From assembly GCA_965222375.1 (NCBI GenBank), contig CBDCTZ010000015.1:1536001-1600000 (forward strand): a stretch of DNA of 64,000 nucleotides, read 5' to 3'. Made by a program: the position numbers and the translations under genes. The notes under the pieces were generated by a model. That model did not search any database, was not told the DNA's origin, and saw only the letters and a list, made by a program, of their open reading frames with translations. The stretch is from Polyangiaceae bacterium (GTDB lineage Bacteria > Myxococcota_A > Polyangia > Polyangiales > Polyangiaceae). Positions 28,733-38,470 of this stretch are shown here, one piece after another. Numbering within the stretch: the first letter of the stretch is position 1; each line of letters starts with the position of its first letter.

Positions 28733-29030
28733 AACGAATTGTGGCACGAGAGCCGCGTGAAGAACAGCCCCTACATCTTTGGCTGCCCGCCCTTGCCCGG
28801 ATCGCTCAGCGAGCAGTGTTGCTCGCCACGTCCCGCAAGACATCGACCCCGGAACGGGCACCGCGGGGCTGACCCAGCAAGGACCGGAGCGGCTCGGGCC
28901 GCGCAGCAGGCGCGGCCCATCCCCCCAACAAGCACGGCTTGATCCAGGACGCTGAGTTCGAAGCGGGGCGCTTGGGGCGTTCGCGCTCAGGCCCTGCTAG
29001 GTTTGGCGTGGGATGGCGTTCGGGCGCTGG

Positions 29031-30149
29031 ATGTACTTGCCACTACTCGGCGCCGCAGCGCTGTTCGCGGGCTGCTCTGGGAGCTCCGAGGACGTCGGTG
29101 CGCCCAAGACGGCTCGGTGCGACTGGCAACCCGTCGACTCCGCTTTGGCAGCGACCTTGGAGACCGAACTCGAAGAGGCCCGTGCCGATCAGGACCTCCC
29201 GGGAATGGCGATGGCCGTCGCGTACCGAGATACCTGCAAGCTATGGGTTTCGGCCACGGGGATGTCTGACCTGGCGGCGCAGACCCCGTGGACACCCACC
29301 AACCAGTCGCGGATCGGCAGCATCACCAAGACGTTCACCACCGCGCTGGTGATGCAGCTGTCCGAAGAAGGCGTGCTCAACCTGGACGATCCGATCGAAA
29401 AGTGGGTCCCAGGTTGGTACACGGGTCCGACGCTGAGGCATCTCCTTGGGAACACCAGCGGCATCGCCAGCTACAACTACGTCGGCAGCTTCGACCACGC
29501 CCGCTCCTACGAACCGCAAGAACTAGTGCAGTGGGCTTTCGACCACGCGCCCGTACTCCACTTTGAGCCCGGCACGCAGTGGGAATACTCGAATACCAAC
29601 TTCGTGCTGCTCGGCTTGGTGGCGGAAGCCGCCATGGACCAGAGCTACGCGGACGCGTTGCAGTCGCGACTGTTCAACTCCCTGGAGCTGAGCGACACCC
29701 GTCTCGCTGTCGCACATAACGACAGCCCGCGTCTCGTCCGCTGCTACCAGGGCACTCCGCCAAGAGACGTCTCCGGCCTTGCAGACCCCTCCAGCGCTTG
29801 GGCCGCAGGGGCCATCACGAGCACGCCGTCAGACCTAGCCAAGTGGACCATATCGCTATACGGCAGCAACGACGCTGTTTCCCAGAGCAGCCTCGAATTG
29901 ATGACGACCAAAAATCCGGTGTCGGGGCAATCCGGTCAAGAGCCCTACGGTCTGGGCACTTTCGTCGAGGGAGACGGGGTCCAGACCCTCCACGGCCACA
30001 CCGGCGGCATCGCCGGCTACATGACCTCCGCCTACTACATGCCAGACAAAGCGGTCGCGGTGGTCGTCATGTCGAACCTCCACGGTACCAAGCTGCGCGC
30101 CGCGTCGGCCTACGGCTGGGCGGTCGTGCTCGGCGTCGACTATCCCTGA
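29031..30149 (+). CDS. Serine hydrolase (beta-lactamase/D-Ala-D-Ala peptidase family) lipoprotein
   Basis: RIGSITK (SxxK), YSNTN, GHTGG; lipobox FAGC. Confidence 0.92.
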   Translation: MYLPLLGAAALFAGCSGSSEDVGAPKTARCDWQPVDSALAATLETELEEARADQDLPGMAMAVAYRDTCKLWVSATGMSDLAAQTPWTPTNQSRIGSITKTFTTALVMQLSEEGVLNLDDPIEKWVPGWYTGPTLRHLLGNTSGIASYNYVGSFDHARSYEPQELVQWAFDHAPVLHFEPGTQWEYSNTNFVLLGLVAEAAMDQSYADALQSRLFNSLELSDTRLAVAHNDSPRLVRCYQGTPPRDVSGLADPSSAWAAGAITSTPSDLAKWTISLYGSNDAVSQSSLELMTTKNPVSGQSGQEPYGLGTFVEGDGVQTLHGHTGGIAGYMTSAYYMPDKAVAVVVMSNLHGTKLRAASAYGWAVVLGVDYP

Positions 30150-30154
30150 GCGCG

Positions 30155-31183
30155 CTACGGCGAGGCACCGATCTCACTCGCCTTGACCCAGAACTGCCCC
30201 TCGCCGTGCGGGGCCACGTTCAGGCTCTTGGGCAGTACACTCGCCCAACCCGCAACGACATCCAACACGTAGGTCTCGGTACCCACTTCGATCTTGCCGA
30301 TCACGGACCCCTTGTCGCCGGCCTTGCTCCGAATGGGCACCTCTTTGGTGGTCTTGACCACCTTGGGCTTGTCCGCGAGCTTGAGCAGCGGCGCCCCGCG
30401 CTTGGTCACCGAGCCACGCTTCACGTCCATCGTCTCACCTCGGGGCAATGCCTTCAGGTTGCGGGCACGTGCCCAAGCATTGATGAACACCTCGCCCCGG
30501 TATTCCACGTGCACCCAGCCGCCTTTGCGCTCCTCGCTCCAGAGCAGCACGCCGGTGCTGCCGGCCGCCTTGTTCAGCATGGTGACGAGGTTCCGGTCTT
30601 TGCGCCAACTGTCGTACAGCTCGACGTTGTCTTTTTTGAGCACGTAGCCCCGCGCGTGTCCGGGGACGGTGTGAGTCGGCGCAGGTTTGCGCACCAGAGT
30701 CAGCGCAGAGCAGTCTGCCCAGGCATTGAAGGACTGGTGTATCGGCGTCTTGATGCGTTTCTTCAGCTTGAGGCGGTTGCCACTGCCCGACACGATCTTG
30801 AGGCGTTGGTGCTTCGAAATGTAGAGGTGGCCGGAAATGATCGGGATGCGACGAGCGCTGAATACAGGCACTTTGCTGGCGTCCGTCCAGCCATCGATGC
30901 GAAAGGACCCAGTGCCAGTACCCGTTTGGATCTTGGCCCGCTGCCCGCTGTTGGCGAAAAAGTCAGTTGCGCGCAGCGAAGTTTGTCCGCCCGTGAAACG
31001 CGCAATCGGAGTTCCACCAGAAGCCTTGTCGTAGATGGCGAGGTTCACCGGCATCTCAGCTTCCCCGCTAACCGTGCACGTGGTCCCACTTGCAGTCGTG
31101 TCCGCGAAAGCATTCGCGGGAACCAACAGCAGAGACGCAGCAAGCGTGACGCATAACGTGGAAAGCGACATAGGGGTGGACAT
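30155..31183 (-). CDS. Secreted basic hypothetical protein, possible SH3-like repeats
   Basis: Signal peptide ending ANAFA; repeated GWVHVEY and GWASVLP strands. Confidence 0.7.
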   Translation of the reverse strand: MSTPMSLSTLCVTLAASLLLVPANAFADTTASGTTCTVSGEAEMPVNLAIYDKASGGTPIARFTGGQTSLRATDFFANSGQRAKIQTGTGTGSFRIDGWTDASKVPVFSARRIPIISGHLYISKHQRLKIVSGSGNRLKLKKRIKTPIHQSFNAWADCSALTLVRKPAPTHTVPGHARGYVLKKDNVELYDSWRKDRNLVTMLNKAAGSTGVLLWSEERKGGWVHVEYRGEVFINAWARARNLKALPRGETMDVKRGSVTKRGAPLLKLADKPKVVKTTKEVPIRSKAGDKGSVIGKIEVGTETYVLDVVAGWASVLPKSLNVAPHGEGQFWVKASEIGASP

Positions 31184-31260
31184 GCTATCTCCCATGGCAA
31201 GGGTTGGGGTCCCAAGGCGTCCCAAGCGCCTTAGGATTGGACGTAGAAGTTGGTCCTCGC

Positions 31261-32163
31261 ATGTCAAATCTAGCGCTTTCTTTCGGCACCCCCCGCAAAC
31301 TACCGAAACCCAAGGACTTATCTGGCCGGGTGGTGGTCGTGGATATCGCCTTTGCGGGCCTCGGGAGCGGCTTCGACAAGGTCACCCTGCCCTTCATCGA
31401 GGGGCTCGGGGAGCGGCTCCGCGCCTGGGTCGACCACCACGACCACGAAGAGCACGGGCGGTTCGCGAAGGATCCGCGATTCGTTCTGGCGAAGAAGAGC
31501 GAGCACGGAGCTTGTCCGGAGATGGTCACTCCCGAGCTCGTCGAACGTATCGGGCCGGTGGATACGATCGTTTGCCACACAGACTTCGATGGCTTGGCCA
31601 GTGCCGCGAAGTGGCTTCGCAAAGGAGAGGAGCCATACCCGGGTTGCGATGATGACGCGCGAGCGTTGGACACGCGTATTGGTTCACCGAGCAAACTGGC
31701 CACGCGCTTCGATCGCGCGTTACGAGCCCGACCCCGGGACCACGGGCTCTTTGGACTGATCGTGCGCCACCTAGCAACAGGGCTCAGTGACTCGAGCCTT
31801 TGGCAACCTATCGACGAAGCCGCGTCGGCGTTGATTCCGATCGAACGTGAAACTCGACGTGCCGCCGAACAGTACGAACGCGTCGGCGAGGGCATCGCCA
31901 TCGTGGACGTCGCCGAGGGCTACGGCCCCATCGACAAGACCCTACTGCTGTTGCTCGGCCAAGAGCGCGAACGAATCGCCGTCGTGCTCGATCGCGACAA
32001 CGTGTCCGTTGCGGCAGCCTTCGACAGCGGGTTGAACTTCTTGGAGCTACTGGGCCTCAGCGGCGGAATGCCGACTCGGGTGTCCGTTCCGCGAAAGCGT
32101 CTTCAGTCAGCTCTAAAGGCCCTCGGCCTCCCTGACGACGTGGCCAAGCGCTACGCGCGCTGA
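31261..32163 (+). CDS. DHH-family phosphoesterase
   Basis: VVVDIAF, WVDHHDH, HTDFDGLASA, ALDTR; C-terminal LSGGMP. Confidence 0.8.
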   Translation: MSNLALSFGTPRKLPKPKDLSGRVVVVDIAFAGLGSGFDKVTLPFIEGLGERLRAWVDHHDHEEHGRFAKDPRFVLAKKSEHGACPEMVTPELVERIGPVDTIVCHTDFDGLASAAKWLRKGEEPYPGCDDDARALDTRIGSPSKLATRFDRALRARPRDHGLFGLIVRHLATGLSDSSLWQPIDEAASALIPIERETRRAAEQYERVGEGIAIVDVAEGYGPIDKTLLLLLGQERERIAVVLDRDNVSVAAAFDSGLNFLELLGLSGGMPTRVSVPRKRLQSALKALGLPDDVAKRYAR

Positions 32164-32176
32164 GGCCCAGTTCCAC

Positions 32177-32242
32177 AAAAAACAGCACGCGGACGAAGCG
32201 CCTCCAGGGTTGCCCCTGATGTGCGCCCGACCGCGTGCGCTG
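32177..32242 (-). terminator. Long imperfect hairpin plus U6 tract (intrinsic terminator)
   Basis: CAGCGCACGCGG...CCGCGTGCTG-TTTTTT on the minus strand. Confidence 0.6.
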
Positions 32243-32454
32243 TCCGGCTTCTCCTTTTCCCGGAAGACCGGGCCAATCCGCGCTGCCGAGAGCGAGAATT
32301 GGGGCAAGAACCGGGCGGAAAGGCGGCAGCAACCGATTGGGGTCTCTGCCACTCCCTCCCTGTGTCGGAATCGACCCTGGATAGCCGAAAGGCGGGAGGG
32401 AACCGAAATTCACCACCCGCCCCCGTGCCGGCCTAGGCCGACGCCGCTCGGCTA

Positions 32455-32616
32455 TCAGGCCTTCTTGGCCCGAGCCTTGCGCTTGCCCGCCTTCTTGGCG
32501 CGCTTCTTCGCAGGGCGCTTCTTCGCAGCACCTTTCTTGGCGCGGCGCTTCGTGGTGCGACGCTTGGCGGGTGCTTTCTTTGCAGCTTTCTTGGTACGGG
32601 TCTTTTTTGCGGCCAT
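32455..32616 (-). CDS. Histone H1-like Lys/Arg/Ala-rich small protein
   Basis: MAAKKTRTKKAAKKAPAKRR... (53 aa); AGGAGG RBS. Confidence 0.85.
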   Translation of the reverse strand: MAAKKTRTKKAAKKAPAKRRTTKRRAKKGAAKKRPAKKRAKKAGKRKARAKKA

Positions 32617-32928
32617 TTGAGTGCCTCCTACGAGCATGGGGATTCGGACAATGAAGCCCATCCCGCGGTATGTTGCACGACGTATATTGCCACCTATTGT
32701 GTTGTGTCAACGAAAAAAGTGCAAAGCGGATCCGCTTTCTCTTGACACAGACCGATGTGCAGGCCGCAACGCATGCGGACGGCGCACTTGAGCAGTGGCC
32801 TTCGAAAGAAAGCAGAAATCCCGAAAAAACCCCGTTTCATCGCGCACTTGACGCCCGTCGGTGAGCAGCGGTACGCGGTCGCTTACGACGTTAGATTTCG
32901 ATGTCTGAACACCTAAAGAAAAATCGAC

Positions 32929-33753
32929 ATGGCGAAGAAGTTTCACACCTCCACAGCGCTGATTGTTTCTCTTTGCGCCAGCCTCGCGGCCGGCTGCGGC
33001 TACTCCCAAGAGGAGTGGGATCAGAAAGTTCGTGAGAACGAGAGCCTGCGTAACCAACTCTCTGCGCAGCGCCAAGCGCACAAGAAGTGTGAGGCGGACT
33101 ACGCCGACGCTTTGCACGAGGTCGAGGACCTCAAGCGCAAGTTCAAGGAGCGCGGCATCAGCCTCGACAACCTGAGCGCTAGCTTGGAGCAGCAGCGCAA
33201 AGCCCTTGAGGAGTACCGCCGTCGCGCCGAGCAGCTAGACCAAATCCGCAAGCGCTTCGACCTGTTGCGCAGCAAGCTAAAGAAGCTCACGCAACTAGGT
33301 CTGAAGGTCGAAGTACGGGACAACCGTATGCTTATCCAGCTGCCCGGCGACGTGCTATTCGATTCGGGCCGAGACAAGCTCAAGAAGGAAGGCACGGACA
33401 TCTTGCGCCAGGTCGCCGAAGTCGTTCGCAACGACGCCGATCTCAACAAGCGTGAGTTCCAAGTTGCCGGTCACACGGACAGCAAGCCCTTGGCCGGTGG
33501 TCAGTTCCGGGACAACTGGGGTCTGAGCGCAATGCGCGCCCGATCCGTGCTGATTTACCTTACAAAGTCCACTGAAAAAGGCGGCGGTGGTCTCGATCCG
33601 AAAAACTGGAGCGCAGCGGGTTACGCGGAGACCGATCCCGTTGCGCCCAACGATACCGACGACAACCGACAGAAGAATCGACGGGTCGAACTCGTCGTTC
33701 TTCCCAACGTGGAAGAGATGCTGAACTTGAACAGCCTCGCAGCCGGCAAGTAA
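32929..33753 (+). CDS. OmpA/MotB C-terminal domain lipoprotein with coiled coil
   Basis: AAGC lipobox; DVLFDSG, VAGHTD, NWGLSAMRA, NRRVELVV. Confidence 0.92.
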   Translation: MAKKFHTSTALIVSLCASLAAGCGYSQEEWDQKVRENESLRNQLSAQRQAHKKCEADYADALHEVEDLKRKFKERGISLDNLSASLEQQRKALEEYRRRAEQLDQIRKRFDLLRSKLKKLTQLGLKVEVRDNRMLIQLPGDVLFDSGRDKLKKEGTDILRQVAEVVRNDADLNKREFQVAGHTDSKPLAGGQFRDNWGLSAMRARSVLIYLTKSTEKGGGGLDPKNWSAAGYAETDPVAPNDTDDNRQKNRRVELVVLPNVEEMLNLNSLAAGK

Positions 33754-34411
33754 CGGTCGCGACACTTTCCAGATCGGTGCTCGACGCGAACGCGCCGCCC
33801 AATCTCGGGGTGGCGACCTGTCAAGCGCACGGGCGCGCCAACCACTGACGCGAACGAACCCTCGCTCGCGGGAGACAGCATGCGCGGGTGGCAGTCAATG
33901 ACGCGTAGTCAACGCCGGCACGACCTGCGCATCGCGGGGATTGCGATCGCATCGATGGCCAGGTGGCCTCCGCGCGGTGACAACTGCCATTGTTCGGAAG
34001 CCAGGCGCGCGAACCGTCATCACACGATTCGCCACCCGTTGGGAAACCGATTCGAGCCGTTCAGGTTTCGCAACCCGGCCACCCACCACCTCTCGAATTC
34101 AGCCGCTGACCCACGCAGTCTCCCCGACAACGCGCGATGCACGCACACGAACACACACGTGCGCACCCCCAATTCGCTTCCGGCAACTCGATCCGATCAC
34201 TGGCTGCGCCGGAACCGACTTCGCCTGCAGTCCAATCCCGCTAGGGGCTCCCACCAACACGAGCCACTCGCTTTCCGACTACCCGCGAACTCACTAGCCC
34301 AGGACAATACACCCCTCCGCTGCCCCACTTGTATAAATTCAATGCTTTCCAACGCTTAAGCAAATATCCAAGATCTCTTCGTGCGGTGCGTCAAAGTTCT
34401 GCAACAATAAG

Positions 34412-34440
34412 TTGACAGATATTATCGAGCTGACTAGAGT
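34412..34440 (+). promoter_or_regulatory. Sigma-70-type promoter upstream of cdnL
   Basis: TTGACA-17 bp-TAGAGT with AT-rich upstream DNA. Confidence 0.7.
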
Positions 34441-34686
34441 GCCGCGCCTGGCGACCCCTAACTCTAGGTTGGGGATTCTCTGCCAGCTGGGCCTCGGTTC
34501 AGCACTTCTTTTCGGCGGCTTCGCCAGATTTAGCGGAATGAAACGCTTTCCCGGTCCGTTGTAAACGCGCTCTGAATTGCGCTGACAGTCACAGTTTAAC
34601 CGGATCCGGCTTCGGCTTGTAAACGGAGGGGTGGCCCCAGTGCGTCCAACCCCAGGCACGACTCGTGTCATAGAAGGGAACTCAAC

Positions 34687-35187
34687 ATGCAGCAGGAAGT
34701 ACAGTTCAAGGTCGGCGACAAGGCAGTCTACCCGGCACAAGGCGTCGCGGAGGTCATCAGTATTGATGAGAAGGACATCGCCGGGTCGCGTCAGCGCTTC
34801 TACGTGCTGCGCATCTTGGACACCGACCGCAAGATCATGGTGCCGGTTTCTAACGCCGACGCCGTAGGCCTGCGTCAGGTAATCAGCGAGCAGGAGATTC
34901 GCGAGATCTTCGACATCCTGAAGGAGCGCACAATCGGCTTCGATACCCAGACCTGGAACCGTCGCTATCGCGGCTTCATGGACAAGATCAAGACCGGGTC
35001 GATCTACGATGTGGCGGAAGTACTTCGCGACCTGTACCGCTTGAAGGCGAACAAGCAGCTTTCCTTCGGCGAACGACGCATGTTGGACACGGCCCGCACG
35101 CTCATCGTCAAGGAGATCGCCATCGCACGCGAGCAGACCGAAGACCAAGTGAAGGACGAGATCGAAGCGATCTTCTTCTCCAACTAA
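34687..35187 (+). CDS. cdnL: CarD/CdnL family RNA polymerase-binding factor
   Basis: FKVGDKAVYPAQGV, IMVPV..A..VGLR, TWNRRYR, LSFGERRML; no HMGA tail. Confidence 0.93.
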   Translation: MQQEVQFKVGDKAVYPAQGVAEVISIDEKDIAGSRQRFYVLRILDTDRKIMVPVSNADAVGLRQVISEQEIREIFDILKERTIGFDTQTWNRRYRGFMDKIKTGSIYDVAEVLRDLYRLKANKQLSFGERRMLDTARTLIVKEIAIAREQTEDQVKDEIEAIFFSN

Positions 35188-35204
35188 GCGTCATCGTCTG
35201 ATGG

Positions 35205-35242
35205 ACGGCGCGTCCCCACCAGGGCGCGCCGTTTTCCTTTTT
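35205..35242 (+). terminator. Intrinsic terminator
   Basis: ACGGCGCGTCC-ccacca-GGGCGCGCCGT followed by a T-rich tail. Confidence 0.8.
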
Positions 35243-35243
35243 G

Positions 35244-35714
35244 TCAGCCCGCGTCGGGACGAGTTTGGATCGGGGGCAGCCCCGGCAGCTGCAGCACCAC
35301 GCGCCACTGGTCGTCCTCGAGAATGCAACGAACCTCGTGTCGCTGCGAGCCGGTGTCTTCGCCAAACACGGTGACCACCGCCCACTGTCCGCTCACCGCG
35401 GATTCGTACTTCTTCGGCTTGAATCGCAGGGTGAAACGCGAGGGTACGAGCATCTCCTCGGGCGCGACGTTGCGACCCGACAGGGCGCTCGCCCGTTTGG
35501 CTCGCTCGGCTAGGTTGTTCTTGGCTTCGGACCAGAGCAGGTCGTAGGCAGCGCGCGCGGCTTTGGGTTCTCCGTGGTGGCGACGCATGGCCATCACGAA
35601 CTCTTCGACCACCGCCTCGGGAGACTCGTCGACCTGTTCCCGTTCACAGGCCAGCACCGTGGCCGACAAAACGACCGCGCCCGCAAGACCCCAAGCCGAC
35701 TCAGAAAACGTCAC
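35244..35714 (-). CDS. Hypothetical lipoprotein
   Basis: VLAC lipobox; GTGA overlap with the trpS stop. Confidence 0.75.
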   Translation of the reverse strand: MTFSESAWGLAGAVVLSATVLACEREQVDESPEAVVEEFVMAMRRHHGEPKAARAAYDLLWSEAKNNLAERAKRASALSGRNVAPEEMLVPSRFTLRFKPKKYESAVSGQWAVVTVFGEDTGSQRHEVRCILEDDQWRVVLQLPGLPPIQTRPDAG

Positions 35715-36724
35715 TTCTTCGGGGCCTCGACCCGCAGACCCATCGCGTCCCGCACTTCCCGCAGGGTCTCCGTGGCTATGCCGCGGGCAACGCCGGCACC
35801 ATCCCCCAAGATTTCGAGAACGCGTTTTGGGTTATTACGCAGCTGTGCGGCGCGCTCTTGGATCGGCGCTAGCTCCCGATTGACCGCCTCGGTGAGTCGC
35901 TTTTTGCAGTCGCCGCAGCCCAGCGCACCACTTCGGCAGTCGGCCTCGATTTCCTGGACGCCTCGTAGATCCGTGAGCGCTGTGTGGATGGTGAACACGT
36001 TGCAGACTTCCGGGCGCCCCGGGTCACCCAAACGCAGCTTCGTTTCGTCCGTGAAAGCGGACTTGAGTTTTTTTTCGACCTTCTTGGGAGCGTCGAAGAG
36101 GTCAATGGAGTTGCCCTGGGATTTGCTCATCTTGGTCTTGCCATCCAGCCCCATGATGCGGCTGGTCTTGGTGAGCAAAGCCTTTGGCTCTGGGAATATC
36201 GCACCGTAACGGCGGTTGAAGCGCCGACAAATCTCTCGGGAGAGCTCCAAGTGTTGAACCTGGTCCTCCCCGACCGGCACCGCCGTCGCCTTGTAGACCA
36301 AGATGTCTGCGGCCATCAGGATTGGATAGGTGAACAGACCCGCGTTGACGTTGTGCTGATGCTGCTCGCTCTTGTCTTTGAACTGGGTCATCCGGTTCAA
36401 GTCGCCGATGGCGGTGACGGTGCCCAGATACCAGGATAGCTCCACGTGCTCAGGCACTTGGCTTTGCACGAACAGCGTGCAGCGGTCCGCGTCCAGCCCC
36501 GCAGCAAGGTAACTCAGCGCAGTGCCGAAGATGCGCCCGGGCATCTCCTTGGGATCGTACTCGACCGTGGTGGAATGGGTGTCGACAACGCAAAAGATCG
36601 CCTCGTGCTGGCCGGCGTTGGTCAGGCGCACCCAATTGCTGAGCGCACCCAGGTAGTTGCCTAGGTGCAGCTCCCCACTGCCCGTGGGTTGCATGCCAGA
36701 GAAGATTCGCGGCGTCGGAGGCAT
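35711..36724 (-). CDS. trpS: Tryptophan--tRNA ligase
   Basis: FSGMQPTG..LHLGNYLGA, YPILMAADIL, VPVGEDQ, KMSKS. Confidence 0.97.
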   Translation of the reverse strand: MPPTPRIFSGMQPTGSGELHLGNYLGALSNWVRLTNAGQHEAIFCVVDTHSTTVEYDPKEMPGRIFGTALSYLAAGLDADRCTLFVQSQVPEHVELSWYLGTVTAIGDLNRMTQFKDKSEQHQHNVNAGLFTYPILMAADILVYKATAVPVGEDQVQHLELSREICRRFNRRYGAIFPEPKALLTKTSRIMGLDGKTKMSKSQGNSIDLFDAPKKVEKKLKSAFTDETKLRLGDPGRPEVCNVFTIHTALTDLRGVQEIEADCRSGALGCGDCKKRLTEAVNRELAPIQERAAQLRNNPKRVLEILGDGAGVARGIATETLREVRDAMGLRVEAPKK

Positions 36725-36830
36725 TGGAGGACAAGGGCGTAGCCAAGGCCGCGCCGCGCAGCAAGCTGCCTCGCCCAGCAACGTCCATTACTTGGCCCGT
36801 GGCGCTGGCCCCTCGCTACGATCCGAAACC

Positions 36831-37889
36831 ATGACGCAGAAATCTGCGCCGGTTCGCCTGGAATGGCCGGGAAAGACCTCTCCAAAGGCGGCTGTCACGG
36901 CCAGCTTGGAGCACTATCGCCACGGACATCCGTCGCAGATGCTCATCTCAGGAAACAACCTGCTGGCGCTGCACGCGCTGTCTCGACGGGCCATGCGCCC
37001 GGTCACCCTAGCCTATCTGGACCCACCATTTTTCACGGGCCGACAGCACGAACGCGTGAAGCGAACTCGCGACAAGAAAACCGGCGAGATGGTCAGGACC
37101 CTCAAGCCCGCGTTCGACGACCGCTGGGACGGCCTGGACGCCTACCTCAGTGAGCTCCGAGATCGCATCGCCGTCACCCGCGAACTCTTGGCACCCGACG
37201 GTTGCCTTGTCGTTCACGTGGATCCCAAAACTAGCCATTACATCAAAGTCGTGTGTGACGAAGTCTTCGGACCACGCTGCTTCGCGAGTGAGATCGTGTG
37301 GCGCTACCGGCGCTGGCCCGCAAAGACTCCGAACTTCCAGCGCGTGCACGACGTCCTGCTGCGCTACGTGCGCGACCCGGATCAGAAGCCGCGCTTTCGC
37401 CAGCTCTACGAGCCCCTTGCACCTTCGACCCTGGCGACTTGGGGCACCAAGAAGCAGCGCGCAGTCGTTGGCAAATCCGGCCGGCGCGTTCGCTCCAGCA
37501 CCACGGAAGAGGCAACTCCCGGTGCACCCCTGGGCGATGTGTGGGACATCGGAATCGTGGCTCCCGTTTCCAAGGAGCGAACAGGCTACCCAACCCAAAA
37601 ACCAGAGGCGTTGCTGGAACGGCTGATCCGAGCCTGCAGCCACGAAGGCGATCTGATCCTGGACCCCTATGCGGGCAGCGGAACGACGCTAGCCGTGAGT
37701 GCGCGCCTTGGGCGCTGCACCATTGGGATAGATGAAAGCCCGGAAGCTCTACGGGTCGCGCGGAAGCGACTCAAGGCCTTGGGAATTCGTCCCTTCGAAG
37801 AGCGCGTCGTGCAGGCACGGCCACCGAAACGAGCGTCGACACGCAGGGTCGTCTTGGAGCCCACCGAAGACGAGCGTCTCGCCGGCTGA
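36831..37889 (+). CDS. Amino-DNA methyltransferase (N6A/N4C, beta order)
   Basis: YLDPPF precedes YPTQKPEALLERLI and ILDPYAGSGTT. Confidence 0.92.
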   Translation: MTQKSAPVRLEWPGKTSPKAAVTASLEHYRHGHPSQMLISGNNLLALHALSRRAMRPVTLAYLDPPFFTGRQHERVKRTRDKKTGEMVRTLKPAFDDRWDGLDAYLSELRDRIAVTRELLAPDGCLVVHVDPKTSHYIKVVCDEVFGPRCFASEIVWRYRRWPAKTPNFQRVHDVLLRYVRDPDQKPRFRQLYEPLAPSTLATWGTKKQRAVVGKSGRRVRSSTTEEATPGAPLGDVWDIGIVAPVSKERTGYPTQKPEALLERLIRACSHEGDLILDPYAGSGTTLAVSARLGRCTIGIDESPEALRVARKRLKALGIRPFEERVVQARPPKRASTRRVVLEPTEDERLAG

Positions 37890-37927
37890 GCCCGCCAGAC
37901 CTTCCGTCGAGTTTCGTATTTCCTGCT

Positions 37928-38419
37928 ATGTTCTCGTCGCGGCGGCATGCCGCAGCAGCGACCGTGGCACGAACCAAGACCAGTCCTCCCGCCAACCGGC
38001 GGGGCAGTCCAGAAGCAATCGCGAAGCGTCGAGCTGGGCGCGCGTTCAATGACCTGCTGGCGGGTGGACCGCGGCGTGATGGCCGAAGCGAGAATCGTCG
38101 AAAGCGACTGCTGGAGGAGCTGGAGTCCGGCGTGACTTCCCGGGGCCGCCCGCTCAAGCCCTTGGAGCTGGTCGCGCACGCGCACGAGTTAATCGACTTG
38201 GGCGAGGATCCCAAACAGTTGCGACGCCTGACCAAGAAGCGACCAACGACTGAAACCGATGCGGCTCTATTGGCCGCGGTGGTCGAACTACACCAGGCGT
38301 ACGGCTTTCACGTCGAGGCCTACAGTGTCGTTGGCATCGAGCCCGAGGCGGTCTCCGACGCCATCGCCAAAGCCGAAAACAAGGCTGCAAGAGGTGCGAA
38401 GCGCCGCAAACGAAGCTAG
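37928..38419 (+). CDS. Basic hypothetical protein
   Basis: Open frame co-oriented with both neighbours. Confidence 0.65.
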   Translation: MFSSRRHAAAATVARTKTSPPANRRGSPEAIAKRRAGRAFNDLLAGGPRRDGRSENRRKRLLEELESGVTSRGRPLKPLELVAHAHELIDLGEDPKQLRRLTKKRPTTETDAALLAAVVELHQAYGFHVEAYSVVGIEPEAVSDAIAKAENKAARGAKRRKRS

Positions 38420-38470
38420 CAGCTCTAGCCGGTGGCAGCCGACAGAAACCCGCGATAGAACGCTGCCAGG

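Noticed and set aside
32929..33753. Flagellar MotB / flagellar system with the FliH-like gene
   Set aside because: Lipoprotein signal instead of the Asp-bearing TM helix, no motA and no other flagellar genes.
33760..34340. ORFs or RNA gene in the long intergenic region
   Set aside because: No recognisable protein motifs, tRNA cloverleaf or tmRNA/RNase P/SRP signatures by eye.
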